Below, piece by piece: positions 12,567 through 24,285 of a stretch of 64,000 nucleotides of DNA (within the stretch, counting starts at the first letter, position 1; the number at the start of each line of letters is the position of its first letter). The notes under the pieces are model-generated. The model was not told where the DNA came from, made no database searches, and worked only from the letters and a program-made list of their open reading frames with translations. The DNA is from Trichodelitschia bisporula. Lineage: Eukaryota. The DNA lies in contig ML996694.1 of NCBI GenBank assembly GCA_010356995.1, positions 991,224 to 1,055,223 of the forward strand, written 5' to 3'. A program made the translations under genes and the position numbers.

Positions 12567-13848
12567 AGACGGGAAGAGGGTTCGTTTGCTTGGGCTATGG
12601 GTTATGTATTGAAGCACGGCGCCGGGAGGATTTTTTGCTGGGTATGGTTCGGGTATCTTAGGATGGACAAAAGATAGGGACTGTTTGAAGTTATGAGGCG
12701 GAGGGAGAGAGTTGGTAGAGAGTTGGTAGAGAGATGCGTAATATGCTTAATGATCGGTTTGGATGCGTTGGTGACTTGGTTGAACTGGAGCTGGCATGCA
12801 ACCGCGGTTGTGCGGGCCCCGTCCACGACATACGGACAAGCTTTGATAGGCAGACTGAGCTTCGCAAGCATCCGCATTCCCGGTATCTCATCGTGTCTCG
12901 TACGCACATCGCTGTAGGCAAATGCCGTTATGCCGGTCCGTGGGGCGTCCAGTGCCGGGCCGAGTCTTGTTGTCTTACGCGAGATTCAGGATGCAGATGG
13001 CGTGCCGGATGGGCTGCTTGGGCGGCATCACATGGGTGCCGAACGATACCGAGTTTGCGAAGGAACCGGAGCTCGGACTCGAGGTCGTTGCGAAGCGGGC
13101 AGCGGAAGCGCGTCCTTCGAGACAAGTATAAACGGATCGCGGTGGTTGAGAACGAGCGAGGACGGGTGAGGCTGTGTGATGTGGTTATGGAAGGAGTATT
13201 CTTATGTCATCGAGAGATGTGATGTAATGTGAGTATTGAGGGAAGGGCTGTTGAAGGACATCGTGCATTTAAACCTCGAGAGTCTCTGACTCTCATCTTC
13301 CCTCGTCTTTCATCATTCTTCACAATTTCCATGTTGTTTGCCCGTGCCAGTGAGCCTGGCCTTACAGCACTGTGGACTGAGCTGCAGCATGTACTGTAAC
13401 GGTCGCTTTCGTGCTATTTTGGCAGTGTTTGACGCAGCCTCATGCGGTACTCCCAACGATAAGGCTCTATCCATCAATTGCCCGCCTTTCGGTCCTCCCT
13501 CCCCCATTCCCTCCCCTCACTCCCGCAGCTTCCCACAAATGCATCCCCCATCCACTCGAGGCTACCATCAGCCAAGGGAGCCATCAGCGTCCAGCCGGGT
13601 CCCAGCATCCCGCCAATCGCTCCGCCAGGAATGAGGCGCGCTAGAAACGCCTCGTCGTCACACGCCGTCATTGGCCGCAGCAACAACACCCGTCCCCCCT
13701 CGCCCGCCTGCCCCACGAGCAAGCGTGGCGGAGCAGGTGCTTAAGAGCTGCCTATCGCCTCATCCACCTCCACCGACCTCGCCGCTTGCATCCTCCGCTC
13801 CTGTACCGAACTTCAGTGGGGCATGTCTTCGACTGTCGATCCGGCACC

Positions 13849-15784
13849 ATGGGCATGTTCAGTTTCGGTCGCTCGCCGCGCCAGGAGGGGAAGCGGAAGA
13901 AGAAGAAGAAGAAGAAGCGGGCCGAGAAGGGCGAGGTGACGCAATATCCTCCATCGCAGCACACTCCATCGCAACGACCTCCATCGCAGTCGATCTACGC
14001 GCTCCCGAACCAAACGCAGTACTTTGCGAGCACGGTCTCGCTCCGGCCGCCGCCCCAGCGGGTGTATCAGCACCAACTCCAATTCCCACAGCAGTACCAA
14101 CACCAACCGCTGCAATCCATTCCGCAGCAACGACCAGCGCCCCCCGTCCAGCACACTCAGCCTTACGCTCACCACCCGGCATCTTCGCAACTCACCCTCC
14201 GGCCGGCATCATCACAGCACACCCTCCGCCCGACATCTTCGCAACTCACTCTCCACGCCAACCCCAACGCCAACCCATGGACCTCCTCAACCCATCTCGC
14301 GCCCCCCGCCCAACAACAGCAACAACAACAACAGCAACAACAACAGCAACAACAACAACAACAGCAGCAGCAGTACACCATCTACCCCGCCAGCGCTCCC
14401 TTGAGATCCCGGACCTCCCTCCTCCACCTCCAAGAAGCCACCTCCTCTCTCCTGCACCTCCCCAGCGCCTCCACCTCCTGCGCAAACCTGCACGCCGCCT
14501 GGCAAGCAACCTCCTCGCATACCGCAAACCTATGCACCGTCCTCAGCAACAAGCTCGACGCGGTGATAACATGCATGGACGGCGAGCGTTTCAGCGGCGA
14601 CGAGCGCGATCTCAGTATGCCACCCCCCCACCCTCACCAACCCAACAAGACTAACCCACCCAGCCCTAACCCTCGCCCCCGCCCCCCCCAGCACAACCCC
14701 ACGCGGCCCCAAATCCACCGAATCACCGTCCCCAAACTACTTCGCCAAAGTATGGGCCTACCCAAACGCGCGCCTCCCCCCCCCCCCCCCCCCCCTGAAA
14801 CTCTACCTCCCAACCTACCCCCCCCCCTGCCCCGCCGCGCAATACAGTCTGCACGTCTACAACACCCCCTCCCGTCACGAGCGCAGCGACCACATCTCCG
14901 CGTCCGCGCGGAACGGCACCAAGGCAATGGTGCTCAAAACACTCGCCGTGGACGACATGGACACCGTAGTCTTAGCAATCCGCGGAACCAGCAGCTTCGT
15001 CGACTGGGCCGTGAACTGGCGCACCGCGCCCGTCCCCCCCTCCGCCTTCCTCGAAGACGAAGGAAATTTATGTCACGCGGGCTTCCTCGCCACCGCCCGC
15101 TCCATGCTCCCAACCATAACCGCCCGCCTCCGTCACCTCCTCAGCACCTCCTCCCCCCGCGCCCCCACAACCTCCCTCCTCATAACCGGCCATTCCGCAG
15201 GCGGCGCCGTCGCCCAGTTAATCTACGCGCACATGCACTCCTCCCTCCCGGCCCCGCTCCCGCACCTAGCTGGATTTTTCAAGCGCATCCACTGCATAAC
15301 CTTCGGCGCCCCGCCCGTCTCCCTCCTCCCGCTCTCCACGCCCCCGCCCCCCGTGTCGCACCCGCAGGCCGCGAAACGAGCGAGGAAGAGTCTTTTCTTC
15401 GCGCTGGCGAATGAGGGCGACCCCGTTGTGCGCGCCGACCGGGCCGTCATCGCGAGCCTGCTAAAACTGTACGCCACGCCGCTGCCCGCACCTCCGCCAG
15501 CACAGCCCGCACCCCGCACCTTCGGGCTACGGAGGAAGAAGACGGCTCAACCCGGGCCGCGGGTCGCGCACGACTGGCCCATCCCCCCCGCGACGCTGAG
15601 TCTAGGCGGACGGGTGGTGTTACTGCGGGAGAGGGGCGGCGAGGTGGAGGCGTGCCAGGTGAGCGATGAGATGCTCCGCGGTGCTGTGTTCGGGGATCCG
15701 ATGTGTCATGCTATGGAGATGTATGCCCGCAGGGTGGAGGTTTTGGCGACGAAGTCGGTTACTGTGGGGGGGTTTAGGCGGTGA
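13849..15784 (+). CDS. Class 3 lipase-domain protein with Q/P-rich N-terminus (exons 13849-14614, 14664-15784; ~628 aa)
   Basis: Intron GTATGC..CTAAC..CAG joins the two ORFs in frame. Lipase_3 motifs VLAIRGT, CHAGFL, ITGHSAGGAVA (GxSxG), CITFGAPP and NEGDPVVR. Confidence 0.9.
14311..14373 (+). repeat. CAA/CAG microsatellite encoding Q21
   Basis: 21 consecutive CAA/CAG codons in the lipase frame. Confidence 0.95.
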
Positions 15785-16275
15785 CGGGCCTGGGGGTAAC
15801 GGGTTATGGTGTTTGGTGTTTAGGAGCGGCGTTTAAGGCGGGGGTTTTGGTGGGACGTGGCTGAGATATATATAAGGTTTCCCCGTATCGACCACCCCTA
15901 CGCCAGAAACAGTCTCTCAGCGCTGCCGGTAGCACTGCGCAATATTGCTGTTGTGCGGTGTAGCTGCCGGCGCCGAGCCGTTGCTTCCGACGCGAGGGTG
16001 GGTCGGTGCGGCGGATTACGGCTGCTGTATATATATGAATTCTGCGTACCGATGAGGGGTGGTTCGGTACGGTCCCGTACACGATGCAATCTGTACACTG
16101 ACACGGCTGGTAAATGGCAGGTTTGATTGATATCGAGGAGTGAAAAAAAATGACCACCTTGACCGCTTCGCCTCCACTATGCCATGAAGTCACTCTCCTC
16201 AGTCTTCATCCGTTCCGCCCCCAATCCCCATGGTCGCGGCGAGTGTTCGGAAGTGCGCCAGGCTCAGGATATGTC

Positions 16276-17170
16276 TCAAAGAAGAACAAAGCTGTCATAT
16301 TGGCATAAGAGTGGGGGATGTCGGAGGAGGCCCGGGTGCTGCCTTATATGCGCCGTAATCCGGCCCAGTGTGCTCTCGAGCGCCGGCAGTTTTCGCGAGT
16401 TAACGGCGATTGCAGCGTCGGCGGGACGCGGGGGGCCGCGAAGGAAACACCGGTGGCACACTAGAGCAGAAGGCCATTGGGGCAGCGCCATGCCAACGAC
16501 ACTCAGCGGAATCATGCGTCGGACGCGGTGTAGGAGGTGGTGGATTTTGAGATCTCGCATACTGTCAACAAACATATCGCCAGGTGATCGAGTAGAGAGA
16601 AGGCTGCGAGCATGATAACGTCCTCCTCAAAGGCGTTTTGGCTCTGGAAGAAGGATGTCCAGGTCTTCAGTTTGACGTGGCAGACGATGGCAGATGACGG
16701 AGTACTTGTGGCCCAGAAGCAGATGCTGCAGCTTCCTTGCTGCAGTAACGAGCCCGTAGCGCAGGCTGTCCGCATACAGATGGCTGAAAATGGCCTCATA
16801 GTTGACTCGCGCGTCGGTGCCGAAGCCAAGTGGCGGAAGGACATTCATATTAAAGTAAGCATCGAGCTTCTTTCCCTTGGTCTTGATTTCCTGGAGGAGT
16901 TGAACGAGCGGGGGCTGTCCTTGACCACTACCAGGAGGTTAGAAGATGGCGCGCAGTTTGGTGTCTTCGTTCTCACCGTCTCGCAACCAGACTCCAACCA
17001 GCTTCTGAGCATATTCGAGAGCATGCAATGCATCGAGTCCATTGGAAAGCTCCGAGAATAGTGCAGGCAACAGCGTATAAGGGCACTGCGAGAACTAGCG
17101 GCGCTAATAGCACGCTATCAATCTCCTTTTCCCACTGAGCCCAGTTGGAGGAATTGAATTTTCTGAAGCT
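16276..17170 (-). pseudogene. Degenerate coding sequence downstream of the chromodomain ORF
   Basis: One minus frame reads as protein for about 270 codons (FSQCPYTLLPALFSEL...KLRAIF*PPG...LLPEPKRL*GGR...CQYDSFVLL), interrupted by TAA at 16941 and TGA at 16629. An offset frame reads FNSSNWAQWEKEIDSVL. Confidence 0.45.
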
Positions 17171-17171
17171 G

Positions 17172-17526
17172 CTATGAGGGTCCGGCTTCGTCCGAGTACT
17201 TGGTGTGGAATTGGTGTACTACTTCGGGGCAGGAGCGTGCGTTATACCATGGCTCCCATGTCGGCTTGCCCTTTTCCTCGTAGCCGGCCCACTTGAAGAC
17301 GTACACGGAGCCTAGGAAAAATCGTAACCCGCACACTGCCTACGGGCCATTAGCTAACGGCGGTAGGTTGGGGAGGGGGAGGGGAAGGCTGTACCTGTGT
17401 CGAAGGAGGAGGTTGATGGAAAGCATGATGCGAAAACTTCTCAAGCACTTGGAAGACTTGTTTCTCGTCCGATGAAGCATCCGCAATGAGCTTGATTGTG
17501 AGCCTGTTGAGTTCGCCGTGCTTCAT
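17172..17526 (-). CDS. Chromodomain-containing ORF, 99 aa (exons 17526-17395, 17339-17172); may have further 5' exons
   Basis: A phase-0 intron GTACAG..GCTAAT..TAG gives ...DEKQVFQVLEKFSHHAF...YVFKWAGYEEKGKPTWEPWYNARSCPEVVHQFHTKYSDEAGPS*, matching the chromodomain pattern Y-x-x-K-W-x-G-Y...TWEP..N...C. Confidence 0.65.
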
Positions 17527-17796
17527 CTGGCGAAGTTAGGGATCGGAATCCGATACATGCGAGCACTCGACCTGACCTCAGAGTGATGCCCTCGTCCGTC
17601 TCGCCCGCCTGCATCTGCAGAGATGATGGGTGATGAGCGATGTTTAGTGCGGTGAGGTCAACGGAAAAGAAGAGAAAAGATACTGAATGGACGCTGGATA
17701 AACGTGTTGGATGTTGCTAACCGGACTCATAACTATACATTCATCGCTGGTTCGCATTGGTGTATATTGAGAGATGAGATGTTGATGAGAGATGAG

Positions 17797-17854
17797 GTTG
17801 AGAGGTGAGTTGAGAGGTGAGTTGAGAGGTGAGTTGAAAGATGAGTTGAGAGAG
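17797..17854. repeat. 12-bp tandem repeat (GTTGAGAGGTGA), about 5 copies
   Basis: Units start at 17797, 17809 and 17821 (exact) and at 17833 and 17845 (diverged). Confidence 0.9.
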
Positions 17855-18004
17855 AAGTGCGGGTTGGGAGGAGACGCAGTGAATTTATAAGGGGACGCCC
17901 TTTCCCTCCACGGGGCATGAGGCAGGCGCGGCCATGGGATCCTGACGTCAGGGTATGATCGAGGAAGAAGTCGCACTCCAGGTGCACAGCGAACCTAGCT
18001 CCCT

Positions 18005-18136
18005 CGTCCCTCGCGCCTACCTGCTCCGTCCCTCGAACCTTCCTTACTCGTCCCTCGCGCCTACCTTCTCCGTCCCTCGAGCCTTCCTTACTCGTCCGTC
18101 GAGCCTACCTTCTCCGTCCCTCGAGCCCCCCTTCCT
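18005..18136. repeat. 22-bp minisatellite, 6 copies, alternating A/B units (44-bp higher-order period)
   Basis: CGTCCCTCGCGCCTACCTGCTC alternates with CGTCCCTCGAACCTTCCTTACT-type units. Confidence 0.9.
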
Positions 18137-18282
18137 CATCGCCCTCAGGAGCCTCAACCCGGGTGTACCTTCCTCACATCCAACTCACTAGCAAACGTAG
18201 AAGCGACGAATAAAACATTACCAATCTTATCATCATATATACATTACCCCTCACTCTCCCCTAACGTCACCTCTCCCCTCCC

Positions 18283-21200
18283 CTANNNNNNNNNNNNNNN
18301 NNNNNNNNNNNNNNNNNNNNNNNNNNNNNNNNNNNNNNNNNNNNNNNNNNNNNNNNNNNNNNNNNNNNNNNNNNNNNNNNNNNNNNNNNNNNNNNNNNNN
18401 NNNNNNNNNNACTCAGCCCCCTCCCCAACAACCTCCCGACTCGCCAACCCCCCATCCGCAACCAAAGCCCCCACACTCGCCACACTCGCCACACTCCGCG
18501 GCACCACCCGCCTCGTATCCAGCCCCACAGCCGCGACGCCCAGACACACCAGCATGGCTCCTAACAACCCCTGAAGCAGTCGCGTGGAGAGCGTGTCCTG
18601 CGCGAGTCGTTGTCGCCCCGGAATGCGTAGGCGCGCTGCGACGCTGGCGTTCTTACCCCCCGGTGCCGGGCCGCGGGCTTGGATGGAGAGGACTTGTGCT
18701 GCGGTGCGGCCGTAGAGCGTCGTTAGTGCGGCGGTGATAGCAGAGACGTCAGCAGGTGCGCTGCTGCCCAGCTGCGAAGCCTTGATATCCGCCCCAGTAA
18801 GCGCAGCCCGGAACGCAGGATCCACATCCGCGTCCGGAGCCGCCGAGCCCGCCGGAAACAGCGCGCCGAAGTCTACGCCCGCGACGCCCTTGACCGGCTT
18901 GGCGGTCGCAGCATCGGGAGTGGCGGATAGCAGTGTGAAATCCGGCAGCGCAAACGTAGCATCCGCATCCACGGCCTCCGTATGCGGCACGCACGTCAGC
19001 CCCGTGAACGGCGCGAGCGGCGCACCATCCCCCCCCGGCTGCCCCCAGATCGCGCCGATGGTAGGACACGAGGCCGAGACGTTAGCAGGCAGAACGGGCT
19101 GAAACACGCGTCCGAACGGCGCCGTAGCCGGCGCGCCGGAGAAGTATATGTACGTCTCGTTTGTGCCGCACGTATCCACCTCCGCCGTGCGCAAACACGC
19201 CTGCCCGCAACCCCGCGGCACCGGCAGCGCGACGTGCATCGTGCCGTTCGCACCCGTCGTACCATTCGTACCCGCCAGCCAGATCTTAACCCCCCCCGCC
19301 GGCGCGCTCGTGCAATTCATCCCCGGCCGCAGCGCAAGCACGCGCGCACTCAGCGCACTCCCCGTTAGTCCCGTCGCCGAAAATCCGCCCGGGGCGTTGA
19401 GCCGCGGGAATACGAGGGCGTCGTGCGTGTGCGGCGGGTAGGTGGGCGCGCGGGCTGCGGTCAGGAGGTTGGTTAGGAGGGGGAGGGAGGCGGGGAGGGC
19501 CGTTTTGTTCAGTGCTGCATTCAGGGTATCTGCCGCGCGGACGTCGACGCTGAGTAATTGCCCCGTGGAAGTGGGGACGAAGAGTCCCGCTGCGACGATG
19601 GCGAGCAGCGGCGTGAGGACCAGCGCGCTCGCCGCGCCTACGACCGCCCAATGTCTATTCCGCGCCGCGCGCACCAGCGCAACGGCGGGGAAGGCGGAGA
19701 GGTAGTTCAGCAGGATACTCTTCCGCGCGGAACTCGCCTCGCGTAGCTGCGCATACGGCTGCAACACCAGCGTCGAGAACGACGCTACACCCACCAGCGC
19801 CCCCACCAGCAGCATCACCAATGGCGGGAGGGCTTGGGCTGCGAACCGCGCGCCGCTGGAGTGGACGTCCGTTATCCCGCCGCTGCGCTGCGAGCGCTGG
19901 TGTAAAAGCTCCACGGCGATCAGCGCGGCGAGGATGGCGCCTAGGATGGCGATGCGCGCGGCGTCGGAGAGGGGGTTCCACCATGTGCGTGCTTCGGCTG
20001 TTTCGGTCAGGAGGGATTCGCGGACGCGCGTGTGCTCGGCCTCGTGCGAGGAGGTGTGGTTCTCGCTGGGTGCGCAGATGCCGAGGGCGAAGTGCTGCCC
20101 GCCCGCGTCCGCGGTTAGGAACGTGTAGTACCACCCCCTACCCCTCATTTTAGACGCCAGCAAATCAGCCCTCGCGGCGCCTAGCCCCGCCAGCGCAGAC
20201 GTAAACAACTCACTCCCGGCCAGGACCGCGGCCAGACCGCCCGGCGTGCTGGTGTCGCGGGGCGTGACGTGTGCGGGGCGGGTCAGGAACAGGGCGAGGG
20301 TGAGGAGGAGGAGCAGCGCTAGGAGGGCTTCCATGAAGCGCAGGGCGATGGAGGACAGAGCAAGGACCTGGGATGTGATCGCGAGGGAGCCAGTGACTGT
20401 GTTAGATGCTGGGGCGGTGAGGTGCGTGCGGGCGAGTTGTGCGGCTATGCCGGCGAAGGTACCGTTGATGGCGGTGCGGAGGTCGGTGCTCGAATCCAAG
20501 TCCAGAGTGGGGTGTGTGGATGCGAGGAGCTCGATGAAGGCGTCTGCCTGCGTGAAGGGGTGCTTTGGAGCGGGAGCGGCGGTGGTGTCGGTGCGGTTCA
20601 CCGCGGCCCACACGCCGAGGGCCAGATCCCAGGGACTCAGGCCGGTGAGTTGCCGCGGGGCGGAGGTATCGGGCACGACGTCCGTGAGCTGCGCGTTGCC
20701 GTCGATGGTCGCGGCGGCGCGGTGCACGGCGTACAGCGGTTTGCACACGAGGGCCGTGGCGTTGTCGAATAAGGCTGTGACGTTGGCGTCTTTGGTGAGG
20801 TGCAGATATCCCGTAATCACCGCCATCCTCCGCGCATCCCCCGTCGCATTCGCACACCTCCCACTCATAACCCGGCCAAACCGCTGCACCGCTCCTGTAG
20901 TTCCGATCACCCCCCCATCCACATCGTTATCGGGATTAAACGAGCAGCTCGGGGCCCGCGCCTCGAAGCCCCAGATAAGATGGCAGGGGAGCGTGGCGCA
21001 GGAGTGGCTTATCGCATCAATGGTGCTCGCGCGCTCGCAGTCCAGGCTTGCGGTGAGGGCGTCAACGGTCGCGAGGCTGGATGCTTGCGCGCTCGTCGTG
21101 TTATCAACGGGGGCGAATGCCTGCACGGCCCAGTCCTCCGCCGTCCACTGCGGGAGCGCGAGGCCCGCTTGCCGGGCACCCGCATACGCGAGCGCGGGAT

Positions 21201-22059
21201 CAGCAGTAACCCCATCTAACTTAAACCCGTCTGCGGTGAATAGGTCGGACGCGCGGAACGAGGCGGGCGTTTGCGTGATTTGCGGGCGGAGGGCGAAGAG
21301 CCCCGCCGACGCGATGGCGAGGAGGGCGAGGAGGAGCGTTCCCGTGATAGCGAGGATGACGGGGATGTGGCGCATGCGGAGTGCGCGGAGGAGGGCGAGG
21401 GGAGCGAGCGGGGTTATGTAGTCGAGGAGGATGCTATGCGAGGCCGGGCTCGGGCCGTTGGCGAGGACTTTCCAGGGCATTAGTTGGCGGGTGCTGTATT
21501 CGACCCGGGCCCATATTGCGGCTAGTATTAACACAACTACCACCAATTAGCCCGGTTTCGACTTTCAAAAGCAGAACAGAGATGGCATACCAGCTGGTGG
21601 CAGATATGCCGAGAGATAGTGTTTCCTTCCCTCCCACGCCATATCCCACCCATCCCGTCTCCGGTCAAAGAACGACAGGACCTCCAACGCGCCAATCATC
21701 ACCGCAAACACGCCCCCCAAAAACGCAAACGTGTACGCCCTTAGACTCCACGGCGCCCATAACAAACTCTTATAATGCCTCGCGCGCTGCTCCGGCTCCT
21801 CCTGTAGCACCGAGCGCGCAGAATAGACCGAAGTCGGCGACTCAGCATGAGGCGCGTCCACCGGATAATTCGTCGAGATAGCGAAGCCATAGGGCGCATC
21901 GCCGCCGAGCGCCGTCTTGGTGTAGTGCCTGGTCGCCCCCTTGCGATAGCTGCGCGGCGTGAGGCTCTCCGGCGTGCCCTCGAGCTTGGTCGCGAAGTCG
22001 TTCTCGGGGATCTGCTCTAGGCTGATGGCGCCCGGGACCGACTTGCGCTTTATGCCCAT
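18283..22059 (-). CDS. DUF3433 multi-pass membrane protein (exon 1 22059-21591; exon 2 from 21536 into the N-gap; 3' end uncertain)
   Basis: Two copies of the DUF3433 pattern (YLPPAVVLILAAIW...LMPWKVLANG...SILLDY...RH and LPPLVMLL...LQPYAQL...SILLNY...RHW). Intron GTATGC..GCTAAT..TAG. The C-terminus falls in gap 18287-18410. Confidence 0.88.
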
Positions 22060-23131
22060 TGCGGTTGTCAGCTGTGGCGCGCGTAGATCGGCGGGAGAGG
22101 CGCGGAACGAGCGTCCATGTGCTTTGTGGCGGGTGGGTTCGATATCAGACGGGACGACAGTTGGAGAGACAGCAACGACAGAAGCAGCAGCGAAAGCAAT
22201 GAGAGCAGAAGAGTCAGAAGAGAGCAGAGACGATGCAGGCTCCAAGCGATTATTATTGAGATACGGGCCGGAAACGCAGGGCGAAACGCATTGGTGGCGG
22301 GGTTGTTATTCGCGGGCGGACCCAAACCCAGCGTGCCTCACAGAGACTGACGGTGCTTCCTGGGGTAATGGTGGTGGAGGAGTGGTCTGAACGGCCTGGT
22401 CGTCGCTAGGGAACGGAAGCGCACAGCCCTTTCCCGCCTTTCGTCTTTCGGATGAGATGCGTAATGGCCGCATCAACCGGGGCGACCGTCCATTCCTCGC
22501 GGGGATTAACACGGTTGACGTGCTGCACGGCGCTCGCTGACAGAACGTCCGCCCGGCATCTGGACCTGGGAAATCTGCGATAACCCATCCGGCTAGGCGC
22601 AGAGGAGAACATCAACACGGAGGTTAGGAGTAGGGGTCAGGGGTGAGGGGGAAGAGATGGAGGGGTATGAAGCTGCGTGAGTGGAGATTTACGGGGAGTT
22701 GCTACGCGGTGGCTGACTCGATCCATGTGGGAAGGCGGGAGGTGAGGTCTGGGGGTGCTGCACGAGATACGAGCCGGCCAACCCACGTTTCCTACGCGGT
22801 TCAGCTAAGATTCAAAAATAGGGCATGGTGCAGGAGGACGCTCGACACCATGTTTGCATGCGACTCCTTGTGCCTGGTGTACAAATACTCGGCGTGGGCC
22901 CTCGCGCTGCCTCCTCGCGTTACCTCCTCGGATGGCCAGAGTTTTGGCGACCCGGTGAGTGCTGCTGCTGACTCGGCCTGGTGTTCGTCGGGTGCCCGTC
23001 TCTCGGTCTCTTCCGTCGTGAGTCTGGGGCTTCCGATGTTCGGCTTCATCGCGAGTTTTCCACGGGTACGGAGGTAGTGGTCACCTGACAGCCAATGGAC
23101 CGGGTAGCCAGTCTGAGCCGGTTGCTAACTC

Positions 23132-23335
23132 CATGTCCCGCCATCTTCATGTCCCGCCATCTTCATGTCCCGCCATCTTCATGTCCCGCCATCTTCATGT
23201 CCCGCCATCATCATGTCCCGCCATCTTCATGTCCCACCATCTTCATGTCCCGCCCTCTTCATCTCCCAGCATCTTCATCTCCTGGCATCTTCATCTCTCG
23301 GCATCTTCATCTCCCGGCATCTTCATCTCCTGCAT
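23132..23335. repeat. 16-bp minisatellite, about 12-13 copies
   Basis: CATGTCCCGCCATCTT units grade into CATCTCCCGGCATCTT units. Confidence 0.95.
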
Positions 23336-24285
23336 TTCGCATCGACCAATTGCCCTCACTGAGCGCAAGTACGTATCTCTCACAAGCCCACTGGCAGGGC
23401 CACGGTCGCGGAACAAAAGACACCGAGAAAGCTCGATGTTTCGGCGGGTAAAATCAGCCAACGTCAATTGACATGGTCATTGCCTTAACCAATTACCAGC
23501 AGCCTTACCCGGCATGTTCATCTCCTGAGTTCTGCATCAACCAATTGCCGTCCGTAAGCCGAAGTACGTACCCCGATAAGTCCATCGGTAAGCCTAGGAA
23601 AAGACGCCGAAATGCAAGCGAGGCCGCCTAGTCGGCCCGCTGCTGTCGACGTCGACATCGCCATCCCAAAGCAGCAAGTCTTCGCTCCCCGCAGCGCTTC
23701 GTCTAGTGACGAGATAGACTCGCCTACCATCATATCCCCTCCTCTCCTCTCTCCCCTCTATCTCCCCCTCTCTCTCTGCAATGCCGCGTGAAAGTCTCCA
23801 CCCCACCGGGTCCCCTCCATCAGCCTCCCCTCCAGTCAACACCCTCCCCTCCAGTCAACACCCTCCCCTCATCTAAGCGCCGTCCCCTGCCCACATCACA
23901 CCCCCCCCTCCCCAGCCCAACCCAATCACCTCCCCCCAACTCCAACGCCATCTCTCCCGCCCTCTCCTCCCCCCACAATCCATCACATTGCCGCCCACTC
24001 GGTGGCCGCTTTCGCGGCCATGCGCAAAGCCTCTTTCACCCGCCATCGCCCCATCACCTCCGCGCGCCCTGCAGTTTCGACGTCCTCCTGCACATCGTCT
24101 CTCTTCACTCTGCATCCAGGCTCCTAATCCCATTCCCCCACTTCTATTCATCCCCTTTCAACGAGCAACAGAGACACTGCATATGCCGCTCCAACGCTCG
24201 CCAGCCTAGGATCGGATCGCCCATATATCAACCCCCCCTCTCACCGACCCTTCGGCCCACGCAAAACCCTCCCCTCCTCCCAACC

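Noticed and set aside
13786..15414. 542-aa ORF suggesting a frameshift in the lipase
   Set aside because: Explained by read-through of the 14615-14663 intron. The spliced model is in frame.
20246..21421. Long antisense or alternative-frame ORFs over real genes (also 24393-25853, 26462-27604, 30461-31576)
   Set aside because: Shadow ORFs produced by GC-rich codon usage.
23095..23471. ORFs with repeated MSRHLHVPPSSCPAIF peptides; CRISPR-like appearance
   Set aside because: Translations of a 16-bp minisatellite. No unique spacers, no cas genes, eukaryotic context.
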